In this document: positions 8,242 through 16,285 of the stretch, piece after piece | Numbering within the stretch: position 1 is the stretch's first letter | How the letters are laid out: the number at the start of each line of letters is the position of its first letter | From: an uncultured Dehalococcoidia bacterium | GTDB taxonomy: Bacteria; Chloroflexota; Dehalococcoidia; Lucifugimonadales; UBA3495 | Length of the DNA: 64,000 nucleotides | NCBI GenBank assembly: GCA_958295765.1 | Contig: CATQHB010000002.1 | Location: 816,091 to 880,090 of the forward strand | Direction: 5' to 3' | Notes under the pieces: model-generated | Told to the model about the DNA's origin: nothing | Seen by the model: only the letters and a program-made list of their open reading frames with translations | The model's database searches: none | Position numbers and translations under genes: made by a program

Positions 8242-10146
8242 ATGCCCCAGGCCCTGTTTGAACACCGCCTCCGGGTTACGCCGGAAAAACCGGGCGTCTA
8301 TTTGATGAAGGACGCCCGCAATGAAGTTTTGTACGTGGGCAAGGCCAGCGTCCTGCGGAACCGCCTGCGCTCCTACTTCGGTTCTCCCCACGGTCTGCCG
8401 CCCAAAATCCGCCGGATGGTGGCCCAGCTTGAGGACTTCGAGTTTATCGTTACCGATACCGAGGCGGAAGCCCTGATTCTGGAAAACACCCTCATCAAGC
8501 GCTACAAGCCCCACTTCAACGCCCGCCTCAAGGATGACAAGACCTACCCGTACCTGAAAATTGACCTGACCGAGGAGTTTCCCCGGGTTTACATCACCCG
8601 GCAGGTGGCCCAGGACGGCGCCCGTTACTTTGGCCCCTTTGCCACCGCCAGCAGCGTCCGCCAGACCATGGACTTAATCAAGAAACTCTTTCCCTACCGT
8701 TCCTGCACCAAGGTAATCACCGGGCGCGACCCCCGCCCTTGCCTGGAATACTATATCCACCGTTGCGTTGCCCCCTGCTCCGGCCTGGCAAGCAAAGAGG
8801 ATTACGCCCAGGTCATCCAGCAGGTCATAATGTTTATGGAGGGCAATACCGAGGCGGTTACCCGGGAGTTGCGGCAGAAGATGGCGCTGGCCGCGGAAGA
8901 ATTGGAGTTTGAGCGGGCCGCCGCCCTCCGGGACCAGATCCGGGGCATCGACCGGGTGGCCGAAGAGCAGCAGGTCAAGGTAGAGTCCAACCCCGGCGGC
9001 GATCAGGACCTGATTGCGCTGGCCCAGGGAACCAACGAAACCTGGGTAGAGGTGTTTTTCGTCCGGCGGGGCAAGCTGATTGGCCGCGACCACTTCTTTA
9101 TGGAAGGCACCCAGGACGACAGCGTGGAACTGGTAATGGGCCACTTTATCCGCCAGTTCTACCAGTCGGCCCTGGTCATCCCGCCGACCATCCTGCTCCA
9201 GCACCCGCCGGAAGACCGGGAGTTGATTCGGGGCTGGCTCAAGGAACGGCGCGGCGGGGCCGTCAAGCTGACCTGTCCCCAGCGGGGCCAGAACAAGAAA
9301 CTGCTGGACGTGGTGGCGGAAAACGCCGTCCAGGGTCTGGCCCAGCACCGGGTCAAGTGGCTGAACAACTCGGACGTTATCCAGCAGGCTATGACCGAAT
9401 TACAGGAGGAACTGAGCCTGCCGGCGCTGCCCCGGCGAATGGAATGTTACGACATTTCCCACGTGCAGGGAACCAACGTAGTGGGCAGTATGGTGGTGTT
9501 TCAGGATGGCCGCCCCAAGCCGGCCCACTACCGCCGGTTTCAGATAAAGTCGGTGGAGGGCGTGGACGACTACGCCAGTATGCAGGAGATGCTGCGCCGC
9601 CGTTTCAAGCGGCTGGCCGACGCCAGGGCCGAAGAACAGCAATTCCCGGTTCCCGGGGAGCCGGCGGAAGAGCCGCCGGCCGGGGATAAGCCGGGCGGCG
9701 GTTCCGGCGCAGCGTGGGGCATCGTCCCCGACCTGGTAATCATCGACGGCGGCAAGGGGCATCTGTCGGCGGCCCTGGAGGTGCTGCTGGAGTTGGGGCT
9801 GGACGATATTCCCCTGGCGGCGCTGGCTAAGGAAAACGAATGGCTGTTTCTGCCCCACACCTCGGAACCGATTGCCCTGCCCCGCAACTCTCAGGGCTTG
9901 TACCTGGTGCAGCGGATTCGGGATGAGGCCCACCGGTTCGCCATCACCTATCACCGCAACCTGCGCAGCAAGAGCAGCCTGCGTTCCTCCATTGACCTGG
10001 TTACCGGCATCGGCCCCAAGCGCAAGCGGATGCTGCTGCGCCGCTTTGGTTCCATTCAGGGCATCAAGGACGCCCCGGTGGATGAAATAGCGGCGGTGCC
10101 GGGCCTGACCCGCTCCCTGGCCCTGCGGCTGAAACAGACTTTGTAG
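8242..10146 (+). CDS. uvrC: Excinuclease ABC subunit C
   Basis: GIY-YIG N-terminus (GVYLMKDARNEVLYVGKA), UVR domain (FERAAALRDQIRGI), C-terminal (HhH)2. ATG at 8242 preferred over the TTG at 8227. Confidence 0.95.
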   Translation: MPQALFEHRLRVTPEKPGVYLMKDARNEVLYVGKASVLRNRLRSYFGSPHGLPPKIRRMVAQLEDFEFIVTDTEAEALILENTLIKRYKPHFNARLKDDKTYPYLKIDLTEEFPRVYITRQVAQDGARYFGPFATASSVRQTMDLIKKLFPYRSCTKVITGRDPRPCLEYYIHRCVAPCSGLASKEDYAQVIQQVIMFMEGNTEAVTRELRQKMALAAEELEFERAAALRDQIRGIDRVAEEQQVKVESNPGGDQDLIALAQGTNETWVEVFFVRRGKLIGRDHFFMEGTQDDSVELVMGHFIRQFYQSALVIPPTILLQHPPEDRELIRGWLKERRGGAVKLTCPQRGQNKKLLDVVAENAVQGLAQHRVKWLNNSDVIQQAMTELQEELSLPALPRRMECYDISHVQGTNVVGSMVVFQDGRPKPAHYRRFQIKSVEGVDDYASMQEMLRRRFKRLADARAEEQQFPVPGEPAEEPPAGDKPGGGSGAAWGIVPDLVIIDGGKGHLSAALEVLLELGLDDIPLAALAKENEWLFLPHTSEPIALPRNSQGLYLVQRIRDEAHRFAITYHRNLRSKSSLRSSIDLVTGIGPKRKRMLLRRFGSIQGIKDAPVDEIAAVPGLTRSLALRLKQTL

Positions 10147-10208
10147 CCGGTGGGTGGAATAAACCCCAACTTGCTAACCCGCCCCTTGCCGGGTAACATA
10201 AAAGCACG

Positions 10209-11075
10209 ATGCTGAAGATTTCCATTACCCTGCCCAACAACGCCCAGATAAACTTGGAATCGGAAGATGAGCTAGTCATTGACAAGATTCTGGGGATGGT
10301 CTTGCTGGACATCACCAGGGATATGCTGGTTTCCCCGCCGGCAGCCAACGGCAACGCCGCTCCGGTTCCCCCGCCGGCGGAACCCACCGCCCCCGCCGTA
10401 GCGGCCCGGCCGGCCCCCGCCGTGTCCCACGAACTTGCCCCATCGCCGCCCCCGAATTCGGTGCTGCCGGACGCCGGGCTTGCTCCCCCGGCGGTGGATA
10501 TGACTCCGGCGGCAAACCCGGAAACCAGCCCGTCCGCCCCGCCTATGTCCCGGCCCGCCGGGGTTGCCAACAACCCGCCGGGCGCCGGCTACGGAGCCGG
10601 GTTCTACCGAGCGCCGGGCGCGGAACCGGGCCAGGAACCGGAAGCGGATTGGCCGGGCGATGAGGAATACGAAAACGAATTCGAAGACGATGCCGAACCG
10701 GAAACGCCACAGGTGGCCGGGTTGGTGGGAATGGGTATGGCAGTCGGCAGCGGAGTTGCGCCGGCCCGTCCCATCGTGTCCTCGCTGGCGGAGCAGGCGT
10801 TCATCGACTTCTGCCGGGCCGCCAACCCGTTGGGGGATATGCGCCGGGTGGTGGTCGCCGCCGAGGGCGCCAGCCGTTACCTGGGAATGGATGGCGTAGA
10901 TGCCGAGGAACTGGGCCGGCTCTTTGACCTGGCCGCCTGGCCCCGGCCCCACAACTTTGTCCAGACCCTGCGCAACGCCGCCCGCAGCAAGTTCGGCTGG
11001 CTGGAACGCGTCCCCGGCCGGGCCGGCCATTATTCGGTAACTGACTTGGGGCGAGCCACGGCGTTGGGGCGGTAG
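10209..11075 (+). CDS. Hypothetical protein with a long Pro/Ala-rich low-complexity core
   Basis: 288 aa. About 40-aa N-terminal module, about 130 aa P/A-rich, an acidic patch (DEEYENEFEDDAEPE), then a roughly 100-aa globular C-terminus. Confidence 0.5.
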   Translation: MLKISITLPNNAQINLESEDELVIDKILGMVLLDITRDMLVSPPAANGNAAPVPPPAEPTAPAVAARPAPAVSHELAPSPPPNSVLPDAGLAPPAVDMTPAANPETSPSAPPMSRPAGVANNPPGAGYGAGFYRAPGAEPGQEPEADWPGDEEYENEFEDDAEPETPQVAGLVGMGMAVGSGVAPARPIVSSLAEQAFIDFCRAANPLGDMRRVVVAAEGASRYLGMDGVDAEELGRLFDLAAWPRPHNFVQTLRNAARSKFGWLERVPGRAGHYSVTDLGRATALGR

Positions 11076-11134
11076 GGGGTAATTTCATACAAATCATACG
11101 GTCTGCTTTGCCAAGGTCTGAGTGATAGTTGAAT

Positions 11135-11692
11135 ATGACGCGTAAGAATCGTGACAAGCTCTCCAAACTTAACCCTCAAAAGCCTTACCTGCTCAGACGC
11201 TGGAGGGTGGAAACCGAGACCGGCCCCAATTATTTCTTTACGTGTGCAAGACCGGGACGTTCAAGTCGTGAGAGCAGCAAAACGGCCCTAGTATCAGACG
11301 AATCGGTACATCGCTGGGTCCTTGGCCTTTGTGGTTCTGACATCGCCATAGTGTCGCTTTTGGGCCGCAAGAATGGGCCTGAAGGGAAGAGCGAATTCTC
11401 GTTTTATTCCTTTTGCGGCGGGCTTGACAAGCCTTCGGAGCGTGAAGGTCGTCCGACTTTCCAAGAGTGGCTGAACCTACACCACCAGAATCCCAACATT
11501 CTGGTTATCGAACACCCGACTTATGACGGTAAAACTATATCACTAGAGACCCTTGACGCCATTAAAGCGGACATTGAACGGCTTATTAAGAATGGATGTA
11601 AGGTAGTAGTGGTGGATTCTGGAGGGCTGCAACGTACCGGTAAGGTTGGTCGTTATATGGGCGCTAAGGAAGACTTTTCCATCAAGATTTAA
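11135..11692 (+). CDS. PTP/DSP-like protein with an Asp-for-Cys P-loop (VDSGGLQRTG)
   Basis: About 185 aa in an AT-richer islet. C-terminal KVVVVDSGGLQRTGKV matches the (H)C-x5-R-(S/T)-G phosphatase loop except at H-C, which is V-D here. CARPGRS near the N-terminus resembles the Y_phosphatase-type lead-in. Confidence 0.5.
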   Translation: MTRKNRDKLSKLNPQKPYLLRRWRVETETGPNYFFTCARPGRSSRESSKTALVSDESVHRWVLGLCGSDIAIVSLLGRKNGPEGKSEFSFYSFCGGLDKPSEREGRPTFQEWLNLHHQNPNILVIEHPTYDGKTISLETLDAIKADIERLIKNGCKVVVVDSGGLQRTGKVGRYMGAKEDFSIKI

Positions 11693-11774
11693 GCTCTAAT
11701 TTCGGACTATCTCTGTTCCCCTACCCTTCAAACCTCTATAATGAAAATACTAGGCCACATAGTGAGATTGCAAT

Positions 11775-12041
11775 ATGCGGGAAAAGATAAAAGCAGAAGA
11801 AGTCGAGACCCGCGGCCACGCCCGCTACTTGGAACTGCGGGAACAACTGGAAGCTGAGTACTACGGTCAAGTCGTTGTCATCGACATCTACAGCGGGGAC
11901 TACGAAGTGGCCCCGGATGACCTGACCGCTACCCTGCGAATGTTTGAGCGGCGGCCGGAAGCCCTGACTTGGGGGGAAAGAGTCGGCGGTGGCGCCGTCT
12001 ATTACCTAGGGGAAAGGATAACCCTTGAACATCTCAAATAA
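11775..12041 (+). CDS. Small hypothetical protein paired with a retropepsin-like protease
   Basis: 88 aa. Overlaps the next ORF by 17 nt. Confidence 0.5.
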   Translation: MREKIKAEEVETRGHARYLELREQLEAEYYGQVVVIDIYSGDYEVAPDDLTATLRMFERRPEALTWGERVGGGAVYYLGERITLEHLK

Positions 12042-12432
12042 TGGGCGAGTTGTCCTGGTGGGGAGAGTAGCTCCGGTCAACATTCTGGAACCCCGCATTT
12101 CTTTGGAAGTCGCTGGCCCGGCTCGGCAAGTTATCACCCTTGAGGCTACGATTGACACCGGATTTTCCGGGTGGTTGACTCTACCCGAAACTCTCATTGA
12201 AGATCTCAACCTCACTTCCTACGGGCCGAGGCCCAATCGACTGGCTAACGACAGTGTAGTTCTCATCCAGACCTACAGCGCCCTGGTGCAATGGTGCGGA
12301 CAGCTGAGACCGGTTATTGTCAGTAATGCCAGCAACGTCAGACCGTTAATCGGTACGGCCTTGCTGGAAAACTTCCGCCTGACTATTGATATGTGGGAAG
12401 ACGGCGCAGTAACCGTAACTCCCCGTTCCTGA
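12025..12432 (+). CDS. Retropepsin-like (clan AA) aspartic protease
   Basis: 135 aa. Catalytic DTGFSG, then the downstream LIGTALLENF motif typical of single-lobe retropepsin-type proteases. Confidence 0.7.
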   Translation: MNISNNGRVVLVGRVAPVNILEPRISLEVAGPARQVITLEATIDTGFSGWLTLPETLIEDLNLTSYGPRPNRLANDSVVLIQTYSALVQWCGQLRPVIVSNASNVRPLIGTALLENFRLTIDMWEDGAVTVTPRS

Positions 12433-12493
12433 ACCAAACTTCAGATATTGCGTTATGAATTTTTCTCAACGCCAAGGCAATCGCATCATAAAC

Positions 12494-12523
12494 CCGTCAT
12501 TCCGGCTTTCGCCGGAACGACGG
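12494..12523. repeat. Family-b remnant (collapsed hairpin)
   Basis: CCGTCATTCCGGC-TTTC-GCCGGAACGACGG, followed by the usual TTGCTTGG...TTGCCTGGGTT flank. Confidence 0.7.
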
Positions 12524-12665
12524 TTGCTTGGAACGACGGTTGCCTGGGTTACCATAGGCCATAGTTAAGACGCAATTACCCGGCCCTCAACCCCCTTTCC
12601 CCACCCCAACCCCCATAATGTGCTAATATATCCCTTGACGCCTTACATAAAGGAGAAGGAACGCT

Positions 12666-14078
12666 ATGCGAATGTATATCAACGGCGAGTGGGTTGACCG
12701 CGCCGCTACTATGCCGGTTTATAATCCCTTTGACGGGTCGGTGATTGACACGGTGCCCCGGGGCACCGCCGCCGACGTGGATGCCGCCGTCGGCAGCGCC
12801 GTGCGGGGCGCGGAAGCTATGGCAAAGCTGCCGGCCTATGAGCGGTACGCCATCCTGCGCCGCACCGCCGATATTATGGCGGAACGGGTGGAAGACCTGG
12901 GCCGCACTATCACTATGGAAGAGGGCAAGGTCATCGCCGAGGGCCGGGGCGAAGTGCTGCGGGCCGTCCAGACCATCACCCTCTCCTCGGAAGAGGCCAA
13001 GCGGCTGCACGGCGAGACGGTGCCGCTGGACGCCGCCCCCGGCAACGTCAGCCAGTTCGGGTTTACCATCCGGGTGCCGGTGGGCGTGGTGGCGGCGATT
13101 GCGCCCTTCAACTTTCCCCTGAACCTGGTCTGCCACAAGGTAGGCCCGGCCCTGGCCGCCGGCAACGCCGTCATTCTCAAGCCGGCCGGGGATACTCCCC
13201 TGTCCGGCCTGAAACTCACCGAGATACTGCTGGAGGCCGGGTTGCCGCCGGAAGCGATCCAATGCGTTACCGGCTCCGGCGCCGAGATTGGCGATGCCAT
13301 CACCGGCGACCCACGGGTGCGTAAAATCACCTTCACCGGCAGCATGGAAGTGGGCGACCGCATCTGCCGCAACGCCGGCATCAAAAAGGTAACTATGGAG
13401 TTGGGTTCCAACAGCCCGCTGATTGTGATGTCCGATGCCGACATTGAAAAGGTGGCGGCGGCCACCGTCGCCAGCGGCTTTGCCAACGCCGGCCAGGTCT
13501 GCATTTCCACCCAGCGGGTGCTGGCCGACCGGCGGATTTACGCCGACTTCCTGGATGCGATTAAGGTGCCGGCCGAGGCTTTTGCCACCGGCGACCCCCT
13601 GGACGAGTCCATCAAAATGGGGCCGATGATTCGCGAGTCCGACGCCTCCCGGGTCAGCCGGTGGATTAGCGAGGCGGTGGAGCAGGGCGCGCGGGTGGTG
13701 GCCGGCGGCGACCAGGAAGGCACCATTCACGCCCCGACGGTGGTGGCCGACGTTAAGCCGGATATGCGCCTGTCCCGGGAGGAACTGTTCGGCCCGGCGG
13801 TGGCGGTAAGCTCCTTCAACGACATTGACGAAGCCATTGCCATGGCTAACGATACCCGGTTCGGCCTGTCCGCTGGCATATTCACCCAAAACGTGGACTG
13901 GGCGATGCGCTTTGCCAAAGAGGTACACTCCGGCAACCTGCACATCAACTCCCATCCCCAATGGCGCGCCGACCTGATGCCCTACGGCGGCCTCAAGGAC
14001 AGCGGCATGGGCAAGGAAGGCCCCGGCTACGCCATTGAGGAAATGACCGAGTTGAAGATGGTAGTGTTCCACCTGTAG
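12666..14078 (+). CDS. NAD(P)-dependent aldehyde dehydrogenase
   Basis: 470 aa. MELGSNSP and catalytic-Cys region GQVCISTQR. AAGGAG SD. Confidence 0.9.
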   Translation: MRMYINGEWVDRAATMPVYNPFDGSVIDTVPRGTAADVDAAVGSAVRGAEAMAKLPAYERYAILRRTADIMAERVEDLGRTITMEEGKVIAEGRGEVLRAVQTITLSSEEAKRLHGETVPLDAAPGNVSQFGFTIRVPVGVVAAIAPFNFPLNLVCHKVGPALAAGNAVILKPAGDTPLSGLKLTEILLEAGLPPEAIQCVTGSGAEIGDAITGDPRVRKITFTGSMEVGDRICRNAGIKKVTMELGSNSPLIVMSDADIEKVAAATVASGFANAGQVCISTQRVLADRRIYADFLDAIKVPAEAFATGDPLDESIKMGPMIRESDASRVSRWISEAVEQGARVVAGGDQEGTIHAPTVVADVKPDMRLSREELFGPAVAVSSFNDIDEAIAMANDTRFGLSAGIFTQNVDWAMRFAKEVHSGNLHINSHPQWRADLMPYGGLKDSGMGKEGPGYAIEEMTELKMVVFHL

Positions 14079-14165
14079 GCCCAACGCCCTCACCTCCGGC
14101 TCTATCCCTTTGGAAAAGGGCCGGGGGTGAGGGCCTACCGAATCAAAGAAGGAATGTAATCAGGA

Positions 14166-14912
14166 ATGGAGATTATTACCGACCCGCCGCGCAGCGCCCT
14201 GGTGGTTACCCCTCATCCCGATGATGCTGAGGGGGGCTGCGGGGCAACGATGGCAAAGTGGATTAAGGAAACCGGCACCGAGGTGGTGGTGCTGATGTGT
14301 ACCAATGGGGACAAGGGTACGTCCGACCGGGAAATGTCCCCGGGGGAGTTGGCCGAAATTCGGGAGCAGGAACAGCGCAACGCCTCGGCCTCCCTGGGCG
14401 TGAAGGACGTGGTGTTTCTGCGCCACCCGGACGGTACACTGGAGGACAATAGGCAGTTCCGGGGCGAGGTGGTGCGGGAAATTCGCCGCCACCGGCCGGA
14501 GCTGATTTTCTGCATTGACCCCTACCGCATCAAGAACCATACCCACCGCGACCACCGGATGAGCGGCCAGGTGGCCCTGGATGCCGCCTATAGCTATGCC
14601 TGGAGCTATCACCACTTCCCGGAACAGCTTACCCAGGAGGGGCTGCAACCTCACATGGCTAAAGAAGCCTACCTGTGGGGTACGGAAGATGCCGACGTGT
14701 TCATTGACGTAACCGGCTACCTGGAAATGAAGGCCGATTCGTTGAGCCACCACGTCAGCCAGATGCGGCGGCGCAGCCCGGAGCAGCGGCTGGAGCGAGT
14801 AGAAAGCGGCTCGGCGCGCCAGGGCGAAAAGGCGGCCCTGGCCTACGCCGAAGGTTTCCGCCGTATCCGCTTTGACCTGGGTTCCCTGGATTGGCGGTTT
14901 CTCTACTCTTGA
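14166..14912 (+). CDS. PIG-L/LmbE-family deacetylase
   Basis: 248 aa. N-terminal VVTPHPDDAEGGCG and downstream HRDH. Confidence 0.85.
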   Translation: MEIITDPPRSALVVTPHPDDAEGGCGATMAKWIKETGTEVVVLMCTNGDKGTSDREMSPGELAEIREQEQRNASASLGVKDVVFLRHPDGTLEDNRQFRGEVVREIRRHRPELIFCIDPYRIKNHTHRDHRMSGQVALDAAYSYAWSYHHFPEQLTQEGLQPHMAKEAYLWGTEDADVFIDVTGYLEMKADSLSHHVSQMRRRSPEQRLERVESGSARQGEKAALAYAEGFRRIRFDLGSLDWRFLYS

Positions 14913-14981
14913 AAGGGTTAGAGCGCGCCCTTACCCCCCGATTGGGGGCTTGATATATCCCAACTATCAGGAGGTCAAACT

Positions 14982-15335
14982 ATGCCTATAACCCGACTTT
15001 ACACCGGCAGCGACGGCCAGTCCCACATTGAGGAACTGGACCCGGCGACTCACCCGACCTTGACGGAATTGGAGGCGGCCACTGGAATATCCTTCAGCGT
15101 GGCTGAGCCGGGCCGTATGAGCGACTGGCATAATGCGCCCCGCCGCCAGTACGTCATTACCGTTTCCGGGGAAGGAGAAATCGGGCTGGGCGACGGTTCG
15201 GTGCACAAGTTCGGCCCCGGCCACGTCAGCCTGGTGGAAGACCTGACCGGGCAGGGCCACACCACCCGGGTCTCCAGCGACGTGCCTCGGGTTACCGCCA
15301 CCGTCCGCCTGGAAAACCAGACGCCGGGCAGTTAG
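14982..15335 (+). CDS. Small cupin-fold protein
   Basis: 117 aa. AGGAGG SD. Cupin-like beta pattern, assigned weakly. Confidence 0.55.
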   Translation: MPITRLYTGSDGQSHIEELDPATHPTLTELEAATGISFSVAEPGRMSDWHNAPRRQYVITVSGEGEIGLGDGSVHKFGPGHVSLVEDLTGQGHTTRVSSDVPRVTATVRLENQTPGS

Positions 15336-15345
15336 CCGGGCAATC

Positions 15346-15566
15346 GGTATTCCCCAACATTTGTTGGTATTCTCAACACGAGTTGGTGTTCTGGCCGCAT
15401 TACGCCAACGGCCGGTAGGGGCGGGTTTATAACCCGCCCAAGTTCCGGTGCAAGGATGTGTCGGATACGGTGGCTCAGTTACCTAAATGATTCTGCCATT
15501 GCGGGCCGGGCGGGTTATAAACCCGCCCCTACGCCGCTGAAAATGCCAACAAGCGTTGAAAATACC
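15346..15566. mobile_element. Family-c MITE (221 bp) with perfect 8-bp target-site duplication
   Basis: TIRs GGTATTCCCCAAC...GTTGG / ...CCAAC...GAAAATACC. Internal GTAGGGGCGGGTTTATAACCCGCCC hairpin motifs. Flanked by GGGCAATC at 15338-15345 and 15567-15574. Confidence 0.8.
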
Positions 15567-15588
15567 GGGCAATCAGTCCCGGCCCGGC

Positions 15589-15679
15589 TCAAGTAGCCGG
15601 GTTCCGCTCGTTGGGAAATACCACCCCATCCTCGGTGAACTGTACTCCTTGGGCGCGCATCATTGAGGTGGCGCCGCTG
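15589..15679 (-). pseudogene. Displaced duplicate of the last about 29 codons of the MmcB-like gene
   Basis: The 99-bp block 15581-15679 matches 16278-16376 at 92 of 99 positions by manual alignment. It encodes ...GATSMMRAQGVQFTEDGVVFPNERNPAT*. Confidence 0.8.
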
Positions 15680-15733
15680 GAATTTGCCAAGAAGTCGAGA
15701 CAACTTATACCCTTAAAGAGTTTAGGGGGTTGG

Positions 15734-16207
15734 ATGAATTGTCGGCATTGTAGCGCTACGTTGGGACGAGACGCCAAATTTTGCATTTCCTGCGGCAGAC
15801 GTGTTGAAGAGATAGGTAGCGATTTGTCCTTCTTCCAAAAACTCAAGTGGTGGCACTGGACGCTTCTATCTACTTTTGCTTTTTTTTGCACATTAGCTGC
15901 TTGCGTTGCCTTCATTAGCAACGTCGGGGGAGAGATGTCTGATTGGGAAGTTGAGCAGTGTGGGTCGTCTAGCCTCATCTGGAGTCATCACAATATGCTT
16001 TATGGAGACTCTGACTTGCTTGGTCACAATGGACGTAATGGGTGGGAGTCGGAATCTGCTGCCCGGTCGGCTTTTCCAAAGTGGTACTACATCACTGTTA
16101 GCCCAAAGAACGCTTTTGGCGTGGTGGCTACAACTGAGTACGGTACACTGTGGGATTATAACTGTAACTTATTGCAGGAGAAGAGCCGTTTTTTGGGGTA
16201 TGAGTAA
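15734..16207 (+). CDS. Zinc-ribbon membrane protein (AT-rich cassette gene)
   Basis: Starts MNCRHCSATLGRDAKFCISCGRRV (double CxxC), then one TM segment (LLSTFAFFCTLAACVAFI) and a Trp/Tyr-rich ectodomain. Visibly lower GC than its flanks. Confidence 0.6.
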   Translation: MNCRHCSATLGRDAKFCISCGRRVEEIGSDLSFFQKLKWWHWTLLSTFAFFCTLAACVAFISNVGGEMSDWEVEQCGSSSLIWSHHNMLYGDSDLLGHNGRNGWESESAARSAFPKWYYITVSPKNAFGVVATTEYGTLWDYNCNLLQEKSRFLGYE

Positions 16208-16285
16208 GAGGCTGGCGGCTTCCAATTCGGGGTGAAATTGTTGTATCTCCTTGGGAGAGAAAGCCGTAGAGAGGGCCGGCCCGGC

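Noticed and set aside
12576-14093. 505-aa ORF antisense to the aldehyde dehydrogenase
   Set aside because: The plus-strand ORF has clear ALDH motifs and an SD. The antisense product is low-complexity G/A/R/H-rich.
15589-15978. 129-aa minus-strand ORF
   Set aside because: It is a chimera. Only its last 28 codons or so are the duplicated nuclease-gene terminus, and the rest is antisense to the zinc-ribbon gene.
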